Shown: positions 38,586 through 46,850, numbered from the stretch's first letter. The stretch is DNA of 46,850 nt from Myxococcota bacterium (GCA_023150835.1 JAKLKB010000108.1:1-46850), one strand, 5' to 3'. Made by a program: numbers and translations. Notes: a model not told the origin generated them from the letters alone.

Positions 38586-39554
38586 TCAAAAAAGCTTATC
38601 GAGCGGGCTGTGTACGGAAATTCTGCTTTGTTGCAAAACATGCGTATAGATCATCGTCGTGCTTACATCTTTGTGTCCCAAAAGTTCTTGAATTGTACGG
38701 ATATCGTAGCCCGCATCCAGCAGATGGGTTGCGAAGCTGTGCCGAAAAACATGTGTGCTTACACGTTTTTGGATGCGTGTATCTTTGCATGCCTTATGAA
38801 TCGCACGTTGTAATGTGTCTGGGCTCATGTAGAATCGGCGTGTTTTCCCTGTTTCTCGACAGATGCTTCGCGTTGTTGAGGGAAAGACATACTGCCAGAG
38901 CCATTCTTTCGGGGCGTTGGGCAGTTTTCTTGCCAAAGCAAACGGTAGAAACACTTCGCCGTAGCCTTCTGCACAATCTTTCTGATGAATCTCGTTAACC
39001 TTTCGTAAGTGCTCTTGTAGCGGTTCCACTAGAGAACCGGGCAACATCGTTCTGCGTGCTTTCCCACCTTTGCCGTCTTGCACCAAGATGATCCGCTGCC
39101 CGAAGTCGATGTCTTTGATTCGTAAAGATAAGCATTCTTGGGCTCTTAGCCCTCCACCGTACAATATCTGCGTTGCGAGTTTCGTTGCTCCTGTCATCTG
39201 AGATAAAATATGCTGTACTTCTTCTTTTGTCAGCACTGTCGGAAGATAACGGGATTCTCGTGCTCGCAGCGCGTCGATCTTCCCCTTGAGATCGACTTTG
39301 AGAACTTGTTTGTAAAGAAACAAAAGTGCGTGAAATGCTTGGTTTTGTGTCGAAGCAGACACGTTCTCTTTCGCTGCAAGGTGGGTCAGAAAGGCTTCGA
39401 TTTCCATGTCTCCCATCTCTCTGGGATGTCGTTTGTTGTGGAAGAGGATGTAGCGGCGGATCCAGTTTGTGTAGCTCTTTTCTGTTCGGTATGCGTAACG
39501 CTGCAACCGCATCGTCTCTCTCACTTGCTCAAGCAATTTCGGCGATTTTTCCAT
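38586..39554 (-). CDS. intI: Integron integrase
   Basis: Tyrosine recombinase boxes LYGGGLR, HVFRHSFATHLL and LLGHKDVSTTMIYTH. IntI-specific insert VFLPFALARKLPNAPKEWLWQYVFPS. N-terminal YAYRTEKSY...STQNQA. SD GGAGG. Confidence 0.97.
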   Translation of the reverse strand: MEKSPKLLEQVRETMRLQRYAYRTEKSYTNWIRRYILFHNKRHPREMGDMEIEAFLTHLAAKENVSASTQNQAFHALLFLYKQVLKVDLKGKIDALRARESRYLPTVLTKEEVQHILSQMTGATKLATQILYGGGLRAQECLSLRIKDIDFGQRIILVQDGKGGKARRTMLPGSLVEPLQEHLRKVNEIHQKDCAEGYGEVFLPFALARKLPNAPKEWLWQYVFPSTTRSICRETGKTRRFYMSPDTLQRAIHKACKDTRIQKRVSTHVFRHSFATHLLDAGYDIRTIQELLGHKDVSTTMIYTHVLQQSRISVHSPLDKLF

Positions 39555-39792
39555 CTTTTTGGTTCCTCCTGTGGTGGTTCGGGTGATTTGTCGGCTTTGT
39601 CAAAAATCATGCCGATGCGTTGCCTTTGCTCTTTTTCGTTGCTTTCCGTGTGTAAGTTCTTGAATAAGTGAGGTATGCGCATATTGTGCGTGATATCTGT
39701 GCAGCACGAGCGTTATCCCACACGGAGCGACGAAAAGACAGGCGATCCTGCGTGATAATCTTTTATCTGGTGGATATCGAGGCAGAATGTGC

Positions 39793-39821
39793 TTGACTTT
39801 GTCTATTTCGTCGGTTATACC
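39793..39821 (+). promoter_or_regulatory. Candidate cassette promoter (Pc)
   Basis: TTGACT, 17-bp spacer, TATACC, pointing at attI. Confidence 0.45.
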
Positions 39822-39869
39822 TGACACCTATGCGGTGATAACTGGCGAAATCCTGTATTATCATGCAAG

Positions 39870-39895
39870 TCTGCTGGATAATGATATCGTTCGGC
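39870..39895 (+). other. Candidate attI site (crossover G/TT at 39889/39890)
   Basis: GTTCGGC at 39889-39895 is the exact reverse complement of R'' GCCGAAC in attC1. A degenerate inverse box GGATAAT lies 6 bp upstream. Located between intI and the first cassette gene. Confidence 0.75.
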
Positions 39896-39966
39896 AAAAA
39901 AATTTTCTTGACACGGTTATATAAATGGTAACCTAAATACTTTATTTGACTTGCAAGGAGAAAACT

Positions 39967-40359
39967 ATGTTTGAATTTCTTAAGAACTTAAGCGCAATCT
40001 TTCAAAGCAAACCTTCTTTGTCGGACCTGCAAACTTTGCAATCTGCGGCGCGGAAGATCAATGATTGGCTCGCATCCATTCTCCCTATCAGCCCAGAAAT
40101 AGTTTCCCAAATGTCTTATGCAGACGCCATTCGCTATTTCGTCGAAGATAAGCCTAATGATTCAAGCATTGTTAAGGGCGCAATGTTATTGCAAGAACAT
40201 CCTCAAGGAAAACTTTTTGTACAGGTGTTCTTGAATGGTGACAATGAATTGGTGTGCAAGTCTGATGGGAAACCATACGGTCGGCGTCTCATTGTACGCA
40301 GTTTGGATTCGGAGTTAAAAGAAACATTTGGAAACGAAGAACTGGTGGTAGTTGAATAA
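39967..40359 (+). CDS. Cassette 1 gene A: 130-aa unknown protein, homologous to B and C
   Basis: SD AAGGAG. Motifs SYADAIRYF and LDSELKETFGNEELVVVE. Confidence 0.85.
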   Translation: MFEFLKNLSAIFQSKPSLSDLQTLQSAARKINDWLASILPISPEIVSQMSYADAIRYFVEDKPNDSSIVKGAMLLQEHPQGKLFVQVFLNGDNELVCKSDGKPYGRRLIVRSLDSELKETFGNEELVVVE

Positions 40360-40376
40360 TTCAAAAGGAGTTCCCG

Positions 40377-40685
40377 ATGCCATTTCCAATTATAGGGATT
40401 ATCTTGGCTGCAGTTGCTACTGTTGCCGTCACAGTGCTGCTTATTGTTTATTGGAACGACATTGTTGATTGGTTTCGTTCAAGAAACGATATTAAGGTTG
40501 AGGACAGAGACAACATAGCCTTCACCCTTCAAGAAAAACTGGCCAACGGAAATTACAAAACAGTGCAAGGCATATTCAATACCAGAACGAATACTCTCAA
40601 AGATGGCAGAGCAATAGAATCAAAACAAGTAGATGAAGAGTTACACCAACTGCATAAGGAAGAAGAGTTGGTTGTTTACGAATAA
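40377..40685 (+). CDS. Cassette 1 gene B: 102-aa protein with N-terminal TM helix
   Basis: SD AAGGAG. MPFPII plus hydrophobic helix, WNDIVDWF, LANGNYK and VDEELHQLHKEEELVVYE. Confidence 0.88.
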   Translation: MPFPIIGIILAAVATVAVTVLLIVYWNDIVDWFRSRNDIKVEDRDNIAFTLQEKLANGNYKTVQGIFNTRTNTLKDGRAIESKQVDEELHQLHKEEELVVYE

Positions 40686-40695
40686 GGAGAAAAAG

Positions 40696-40986
40696 ATGCC
40701 TTTTCCAATTATACCGATAATAATCGGTGCGTTGACCGCAGTGGCAGCAACTACTTTGATTGTCGCTTGCTGGGATGAGATTGTGGGATGGTTTTCCGAA
40801 AAGAAAACGGATATTAACGACTACGGAGAATTGATCAAACACAGGCTGGCAAACGGAAAATATAAGCTTGTTGGCGGTGTTTTTTCTTCTAGGGGAATGA
40901 AAAAAGCCGAAAACGTGTGGGAAACAGAGCAACTCGATGATGAACTTCAAAAGAAATTTGCTTACTCTAACCAGATAAGGATTTGA
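40696..40986 (+). CDS. Cassette 1 gene C: 96-aa paralog of gene B
   Basis: SD AAGGAG. MPFPII plus hydrophobic helix, WDEIVGWF, LANGKYK and LDDELQKKF. Confidence 0.88.
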   Translation: MPFPIIPIIIGALTAVAATTLIVACWDEIVGWFSEKKTDINDYGELIKHRLANGKYKLVGGVFSSRGMKKAENVWETEQLDDELQKKFAYSNQIRI

Positions 40987-40992
40987 TTTATC

Positions 40993-42183
40993 TTGAAAAG
41001 CTCCGATGGAAAATCCGGTATAAATTGGCAGATACATGGAATTCCAACCGATATTCCAAGCGCAGAGGCGGCTATATGCCGTTCAAGACTACTACGAGCA
41101 GTTACAGAACTTGAACCTTGGATAGACCGATTGAATTCGGACTTTGCAATTTCTATTGGCGAAGAAGCAACCTTAACAAAATTATATAACCGACCTGAAT
41201 CAAAAAAAAACGAAAACGAAGAGCTGTTTGATACCTCCAAACGTGCGGAGCAATACCAATCGTACCCGCCGTTTTATACTTTTGATCACTTGATTGTTCC
41301 GACAGAAGTAAAAGAAAACTTGTTATCTGCTGTTGAATTGCTTAAAGTAGAAAAAATTGTATTTGATGATTGGGGATTAAGAGAAATTGAACCTTTTCCT
41401 AGAACCGCTCTCAATTTTTATGGGCCACCAGGAACAGGTAAAACTTTAGCTGCGCATGCTTTAGCGCATTTTTTGAATCGCCCAATCCTTGTTGCGAGTT
41501 ACGCAGAGATAGAAAGTAAATTTCATGGCGATGGTCCAAAAAATGTTAAAGCCATCTTTCACGCCGCAGAGCGCGACAAAGCTGTTTTGTTTATAGATGA
41601 GGCAGACTCTCTACTTTCCAAAAGGCTTTTAAATGTTACTCAAGGCTCAGAGCAGGCAATTAATTCAATGAGAAGCCAATTACTTATTTGCTTAGAGCAG
41701 TTTACAGGTATTTCTATTTTTTCTACAAATTTGGTTGAAAATTATGACAAAGCTTTTGAGACACGAATTCGCCACGTTTGCTTTTCTATGCCAGATAAAG
41801 AGTGCCGGTATAGAATTTGGAGGCGCCATTTAGTCGAAAAACTGCCTTTGTCTGAAGATATCAATTTGGAACAGTTGGCTTCGGATGTGGAGAATGTCTG
41901 CGGAAGGGATATCAAAAATGCAGTCATCGATGCGGCTGTGAGAGCCGCCAGAGAAGAGAGAACTCATGTCACTATGAACGACTTACTATGCTCGATCACT
42001 AGAATTACACAAGAAAGAAGTTCTGTGTCGGAAGGATATAGGCCACTAAACCAAGATGAATTTATTGAAGTACAAGGAAAAGTTCAGCGAATGTTACGAG
42101 ATAACGATGATGCCGAACAAATCGCAGCAGCGGACCGGCAGGGCATAGTTAACCAAGCAGAACAATCCACTGAAACGCCATAA
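40993..42183 (+). CDS. Cassette 1 gene D: classical-clade AAA ATPase
   Basis: Walker A GPPGTGKT, pore loop ESKFHGDG, Walker B LFIDEAD, sensor/SRH STN...DKAFETR, lid GRDIKN. TTG start uncertain. Stop lies inside attC1. Confidence 0.9.
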   Translation: MKSSDGKSGINWQIHGIPTDIPSAEAAICRSRLLRAVTELEPWIDRLNSDFAISIGEEATLTKLYNRPESKKNENEELFDTSKRAEQYQSYPPFYTFDHLIVPTEVKENLLSAVELLKVEKIVFDDWGLREIEPFPRTALNFYGPPGTGKTLAAHALAHFLNRPILVASYAEIESKFHGDGPKNVKAIFHAAERDKAVLFIDEADSLLSKRLLNVTQGSEQAINSMRSQLLICLEQFTGISIFSTNLVENYDKAFETRIRHVCFSMPDKECRYRIWRRHLVEKLPLSEDINLEQLASDVENVCGRDIKNAVIDAAVRAAREERTHVTMNDLLCSITRITQERSSVSEGYRPLNQDEFIEVQGKVQRMLRDNDDAEQIAAADRQGIVNQAEQSTETP

Positions 42184-42236
42184 AGATAGACATTTCAATA
42201 ATTTCCCTGCCAGCCCGCTGTGCTCAGGCGTTGGGC
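42112..42236 (+). other. attC1 (125 bp)
   Basis: R'' GCCGAAC, arm GCAGCAGCGGACCGGCAGGG pairing imperfectly with CCCTGCCAGCCCGCTGTGC, R' GTTGGGC. Confidence 0.88.
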
Positions 42237-42240
42237 ATCA

Positions 42241-42310
42241 TGTCAAATTGTGGGTGTATCCAATTTGACACAATCTCGTTGTTGACATACATATTTGCGT
42301 CTGATAAGGT
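42241..42310 (+). promoter_or_regulatory. Cassette 2 internal promoter with upstream palindrome
   Basis: TGTCAAATTG-N10-CAATTTGACA (42241-42270), then TTGACA (42282), 17-bp spacer, and TAAGGT (42305) preceded by an extended -10 TG. Confidence 0.6.
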
Positions 42311-42349
42311 TGTTCTTGTTCATAGATTCGACATGGCAAGGAGCGTGAA

Positions 42350-42634
42350 ATGTCGTATAATAATGATGAACTCAACTGGGTTTATGACCGAACAGGTGGT
42401 TATTGTTTCTATTGCGGTATAAAGCTGGCTTTTGTTAATTATGGTAAAGTTGGTAACCGAGGATGTTGGGAAGTGGATCATTTTATCCCTTTAGCAAGCA
42501 ACGGAGCCCATCAACCCTATAATTGGGTTCCCGCTTGTGTTGATTGTAATACTCGCAAAAGTAACCTGTTGCCTTGGCATTTCATGCCCGATAGATTTTC
42601 TCAAGGTGAACGAGATCCTGAGAATTATTTATAA
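42350..42634 (+). CDS. Small HNH endonuclease with Zn finger
   Basis: CFYC, EVDHFIP, N, CVDCNTRK. SD AAGGAG. Confidence 0.88.
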   Translation: MSYNNDELNWVYDRTGGYCFYCGIKLAFVNYGKVGNRGCWEVDHFIPLASNGAHQPYNWVPACVDCNTRKSNLLPWHFMPDRFSQGERDPENYL

Positions 42635-42705
42635 AAAAATGGCTGTGGTATGTTTCAATGAGTTATTTGGTCGATAATCTTCTGGACTGAGGGAATATTC
42701 AATTC

Positions 42706-43353
42706 ATGGTGCAGTTTGATCGCAACGAACACGTCTTTCATTCTCCTGATTTTGAAGAAATTGTTAAGGATACAATTCGTTTCTTTAATGGTACACCTGT
42801 TCTTTCCATCCCAGTTCCTGAGAGATTTCATGGAACAGGCGTTTATGCAATATATTGCATCACTAAGGTCGGTTTGTACAAAGATTTTCACGAGATCAAT
42901 CGAACCTCTTATCGCGTCCCGATTTACATAGGAAAAGCAGTTCCTAAAGGCTGGAGGCAGGCTCGTACTTTAAGTTCAGAAGATGAACTAAGTTATGAGT
43001 TGCATAACCGTATTAGAGAACATGGAAGAAGTTTGGACGCAAGTGAGCTAAATCGAGCGAATTTTCGCTGTCGTTTTATGATACTAGAAGGAGCAGAGAG
43101 TGATCTTATTGGCACAGTTGAAGCAGCTTTGATCAGAAATTATCTTCCTCTATGGAATACACTCATTGATGGATTTGGAAATCATGATCCAGGAAGTGGT
43201 CGATATGAACAGGCAAAATCTGACTGGGATGTCTGTCACCCTGGTAGACCGTGGGCAGAAAGATGTCAAGGAAAACATAATGATAAAGATGAGTTAATAG
43301 AGAAAATAAATTCTTTTATGAAAAATCTTCGGGAGAAATATAGTGATGCCTAA
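42706..43353 (+). CDS. Eco29kI-like GIY-YIG type II restriction endonuclease
   Basis: GVYAIY...PIYIGKAVPKGWR, RIREH, EAALIR..PLWN..IDGFGNHDPGSGR and WDVCHPGRPWA, as in the Eco29kI/Cfr42I family. Confidence 0.88.
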   Translation: MVQFDRNEHVFHSPDFEEIVKDTIRFFNGTPVLSIPVPERFHGTGVYAIYCITKVGLYKDFHEINRTSYRVPIYIGKAVPKGWRQARTLSSEDELSYELHNRIREHGRSLDASELNRANFRCRFMILEGAESDLIGTVEAALIRNYLPLWNTLIDGFGNHDPGSGRYEQAKSDWDVCHPGRPWAERCQGKHNDKDELIEKINSFMKNLREKYSDA

Positions 43354-44551
43354 CATCTCTAGCCTAGAAATTTTTTCAGGTGCTGGTGGATTAGCAACGG
43401 GTATAGCTCAAAATAATGTCAAACATCATGCTCTAGTTGAATGGAATAAGGATGCTTGTCGAACACTAATGGAAAATTTCGATCCAAAAATTGTTCATAA
43501 TGTTGATATTCGCGATTTTGAATTCATTAAATACGGTCATGTTGATATTGTCGCTGGTGGGCCACCATGCCAGCCTTTTTCATTAGGTGGAAAACATAAA
43601 GGAAGCATAGATACTAGAGATATGTTTCCTTATGCCTGTAAGGCGATTTCGCAATGCAAACCATTAGCCTTTATTTTTGAAAACGTGAAAGGATTGCTAA
43701 GAAAGTCTTTCTCTACTTATTTCGAATATATTATATTGCGGTTAACTTATCCAGAAATTGAGATTGAAGATTCGGAACCCTGGGAAAAACATTTGAATAG
43801 ACTCGAAAAAATTCATACTTCTCAAAACTATAATGGTATTCGATATAATGTTCTATTTCGCTTGATTGATGCCGCAGATTACGGAATCCCACAACGTAGA
43901 GAACGTGTAATTATTGTTGGAATAAGAGAAGATTTAGGTATTGAGTGGTCTTTTCCCCCCCAAACTCATTCTCTTGAAGCGTTAATTTGGTCACAATTTG
44001 TAAGTCATGAATATTGGGAGAGACACAATATAATCCCTGTAAATGTTAACTGCTATGATGAGCGAACTCAAACTCTCATAGCAAAAGCACAACAGCAGGT
44101 AAGGATGTTTCCACCTGGAACAAAACCTTGGAGAACGATTAGAGATCAACTTAAAGATATACCTCAACCTGATGAACATGGAACCTTTCATTCAGAGCAT
44201 ATTCTTCGAGATGGGGCTCGGGTTTATCCTGGTCACACGGGGAGTTTTATTGATTTTCCATCGAAAACACTAAAGGCTGGAGATCATGGTGTTCCGGGTG
44301 GTGAAAACATGATTAGGTATGACGATGGTCGTGTCAGATATTACACTACTTATGAGGCAAAGTTAATACAGACTTTTCCGTCAAATTATAAAATATGTGG
44401 TTCGTGGACTGAAAGTATGAGACAAATTGGAAATGCTGTACCAGTCAAATTGGCCCAAATTATTTCTAATTCAATTATTAAGCAAATTGCGAAGTGTATG
44501 GATGCCCAACAAATCGCTGCACGCCGACTGCCGAACGCGGGCGTTGCTTGA
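43346..44551 (+). CDS. C5-cytosine DNA methyltransferase, cognate of the REase
   Basis: Motif I FSGAGG, IV GGPPCQPFS, VI ENVKG, VIII QRRERV, X QIGNAVP. Overlaps the REase stop. Its own stop lies inside attC2. Confidence 0.95.
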   Translation: MPNISSLEIFSGAGGLATGIAQNNVKHHALVEWNKDACRTLMENFDPKIVHNVDIRDFEFIKYGHVDIVAGGPPCQPFSLGGKHKGSIDTRDMFPYACKAISQCKPLAFIFENVKGLLRKSFSTYFEYIILRLTYPEIEIEDSEPWEKHLNRLEKIHTSQNYNGIRYNVLFRLIDAADYGIPQRRERVIIVGIREDLGIEWSFPPQTHSLEALIWSQFVSHEYWERHNIIPVNVNCYDERTQTLIAKAQQQVRMFPPGTKPWRTIRDQLKDIPQPDEHGTFHSEHILRDGARVYPGHTGSFIDFPSKTLKAGDHGVPGGENMIRYDDGRVRYYTTYEAKLIQTFPSNYKICGSWTESMRQIGNAVPVKLAQIISNSIIKQIAKCMDAQQIAARRLPNAGVA

Positions 44552-44605
44552 TCTCACGTGTACACATATCCCGCGTTCGTCAGCGGGTGAGCTCAGGCGT
44601 TGGCC
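44504..44605 (+). other. attC2 (102 bp)
   Basis: R'' GCCCAAC is complementary to the GTTGGGC that opens cassette 2. Stem CTGCCGAACGCGGG / CCCGCGTTCGTCAG. R' GTTGGCC. Ends shared with attC1. Confidence 0.9.
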
Positions 44606-45043
44606 TTGAAACATCAACAAAAACATGACTTTGCTGTGCTTGCAAAAAACAAAAACATCTGGAACAAAATTTTCCTTTGACTAAACTTGCAAAAATCCGT
44701 TTGCTTACAACTACCGAAAGAACAACATTTGATAGCAAGGTTCGGTTGAAAGTGTGATAAAGAGTGAAAAGGAAACCCTGTTCTATCCGATATTTTTGAT
44801 GGCCACTCGAACACCATTTTTCTCGAAACATGCTATGAAAAGTGGTTTTCTTGCCGCTGATTTTTGGAAACAAGGCAAAGTTCTACGGAGCAGGTAAATA
44901 TTTCTCTTGCCATGGTTCTTTATCATGAGTAAGCTGGGAACTCTCAATGTAGAAGTATCAGAAGGTGAAGTTTGAAATATTAAGTGAAATCAGTTGAGTA
45001 ATTTATTTTGTACTTTCTGAAAAAAACAAGATGGAATATAAAA

Positions 45044-46327
45044 ATGAGTGAACAAATACCTCTATTCCTCTTTGATGGTCCAACAAACCTAACACTCATA
45101 CCAGATCCCAGTTCTACACTATCCGTCACTGACACGTTCAACACACTCTTAAAAAAATGCATTTCCCTACGTTCATCCATAGCATTTTGCGTATCCCCTC
45201 CATCCACAAACGAAAAGCTCCTCGCATTAAAGCTATCCCGTGGATTCCTTTGTACAGACATACATCTACCAACAAACATAGACTGGCTAACAAAAATGCA
45301 CAAAAAAGAAGCTAATATACTGCTACATCTAAGAAAACCCGTAGCCGAGAACATCTTAAAAGAACCAACCTCAGACATGCCTCAACATCTACTACACCAA
45401 AAAATAAGCTTATTTGATAACGAAGACAACTCCGCCACTATATGGATAGGCAGCCATAACTGGACTAGACGTGCATTCAATGGACCGAACGTTGAAACAT
45501 CAGTGATGATAAACACAAACAAAGACTCTGGGATATATAAGCAAGTATCCCTACAACTAGAAAACACTAAATCTCTGTGTGACAAATTCGAGCCCCAAAT
45601 GGCCGATTGGTATAAGTATTTACAAGGAGATAGGTTGTATGTTCATGTAGTGCAAGTACCCCGTGCAAAAACCACCATACACCGCTCGTTACTACCCACG
45701 ATTCATGAGAACGTCCAAGAAAGCGATGCTCTGCATATAATCAGCCTCTCAGACGAAGATATGCAGCAAATAAAAGTAAAAACAAATGAAGTCGTATATG
45801 TAGAAAGCGATGAAGAAAATGGCGAAGCAATTGCGTTCAGGGGTTACATACAGCAAGAAGGACTATCCCACAACATTCAGAACATCGCAAGTTCACCCAA
45901 AGATCTCATAATACTAAAACTAGACGATGGTAATTTTGAACTGCATACTAAACAAACAATAAATATCGGGACCCGCTTCTACTATATGACGCTCGGAGAA
46001 ATCCAAAAAACAGACGCCGAGTTAATCGACAACCAAAATGTACAATCATGGAACCTAAAAACACAAGACATGTTGCTAGAAAGAATGAGGCTATGTGATC
46101 GAATTGTTGACCAAGGTCAACACCTCACAAAAAAAGAGAGGGAAAGCCTATCATTCAAGCCATCCAAAGAACACCAGATAACAATAAAAAAGCCCAACAC
46201 GGAGCTTTGTGAACTCATAAAAAACAATGGAAAAACTAAATTTCAACACTCCCAAACAAGTCATTTAGTTCATAAACGACTGTTGCTACAGCTGGCTAGC
46301 CAATCTGCCGGACCTGTGCCAAAGTGA
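45044..46327 (+). CDS. PLD-superfamily (single HKD) nuclease-like protein
   Basis: HQKISLFD (HxKxxxxD) followed by IWIGSHNWT...NVE. C-terminal half unrecognised. Confidence 0.75.
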   Translation: MSEQIPLFLFDGPTNLTLIPDPSSTLSVTDTFNTLLKKCISLRSSIAFCVSPPSTNEKLLALKLSRGFLCTDIHLPTNIDWLTKMHKKEANILLHLRKPVAENILKEPTSDMPQHLLHQKISLFDNEDNSATIWIGSHNWTRRAFNGPNVETSVMINTNKDSGIYKQVSLQLENTKSLCDKFEPQMADWYKYLQGDRLYVHVVQVPRAKTTIHRSLLPTIHENVQESDALHIISLSDEDMQQIKVKTNEVVYVESDEENGEAIAFRGYIQQEGLSHNIQNIASSPKDLIILKLDDGNFELHTKQTINIGTRFYYMTLGEIQKTDAELIDNQNVQSWNLKTQDMLLERMRLCDRIVDQGQHLTKKERESLSFKPSKEHQITIKKPNTELCELIKNNGKTKFQHSQTSHLVHKRLLLQLASQSAGPVPK

Positions 46328-46850
46328 TATATCCATTTAGTCGCGACTTTTTCGGGGCATCCGAGATATGCTCTTGTTTTCAATCATTGAACATAAAAAC
46401 AAAGAAGATTCGTTTTTGAGTGCCGCAGCAAAACTTTGTAGGTGCAGAACATTGGAAAACATGTGTTCCTTCAAGGAGACTTCGCAAAGTTCGGTTGCTA
46501 CTTCAGTTTGAAGACATCTCGAACATTTGTTTCCTCGCACTTTTTGATGTAAAGGTCGGTTGCTACTACGATTTGAAGGCATCTTTTGTAGAAGAACATG
46601 GTTGAACACGCTTTCCTTCTACTTTTGCATCTAAACATTGATTGCTGCATCGTTTCGAGAACATGTTCTTCGCTTCACTCATTTAGCCCACGATCCCTTC
46701 CGTGATAAACCTGACTCTAACGGATTTTGTGTAAAGGGCGTTGGCCCTTGAGAGAAGCGGCGCAGAGTAGGTTTGGCAGCCAACCCTCTTCATAGACGAA
46801 ACCGTTCAGTTGCTCAAAGGGAGAACGTGCGCTATGGCCCTCTTTTGTGT

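Noticed and set aside
39555-39790. LexA/SOS box upstream of intI
   Set aside because: No convincing match to any LexA consensus I know could be found by eye.
39967-42183. Assignment of cassette 1 to IetAS, MoxR-vWA or ESCRT/PspA systems
   Set aside because: There is no S8 protease or vWA gene, the ATPase lacks MoxR motifs, and the small proteins are not long coiled coils.
46737-46785. Possible third attC
   Set aside because: GTTGGCC has no upstream R''/L'' arm that pairs with it, and the nearby AGCCAAC lies on the wrong side.

Overview
Chromosomal window from a bacterium whose gene content suggests Myxococcota or a related deltaproteobacterial lineage (inferred from the Ser/Thr kinase, MshEN-DUF4388 protein, DUF1501 cluster and giant IPT/TIG lipoprotein). 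About 1-38.4 kb is core and accessory chromosome: OmpA/MotB lipoprotein, a ~1700-aa PKD/IPT lipoprotein, nadD, a kinase/PP2C/MshEN operon, a secreted C2-domain protein, ccmC, rho, an ECF sigma operon, a cytochrome-c/DUF1585/DUF1501 cluster, a glycosyltransferase, a HEAT-repeat protein, a nucleotidyltransferase, a DUF62 SAM hydrolase, rlmD and ychF. This part is dotted with a MITE-like family, GTAG-type REP palindromes and many local tandem duplications. From 38.6 kb there is a chromosomal integron: intI, a candidate attI and AT-rich cassettes. Cassette 1 (39890-42230) carries three small mutually homologous proteins, two of them membrane-anchored, plus a classical AAA ATPase. I cannot assign this four-gene module to a described system and it is the best candidate for a new, possibly anti-phage, system. 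Cassette 2 (42231-44599) carries an HNH nuclease plus an Eco29kI-like GIY-YIG restriction enzyme and a C5 methyltransferase. A PLD/HKD nuclease-like gene follows with no clear attC inside the window. All calls were made by eye; no database searches were run.
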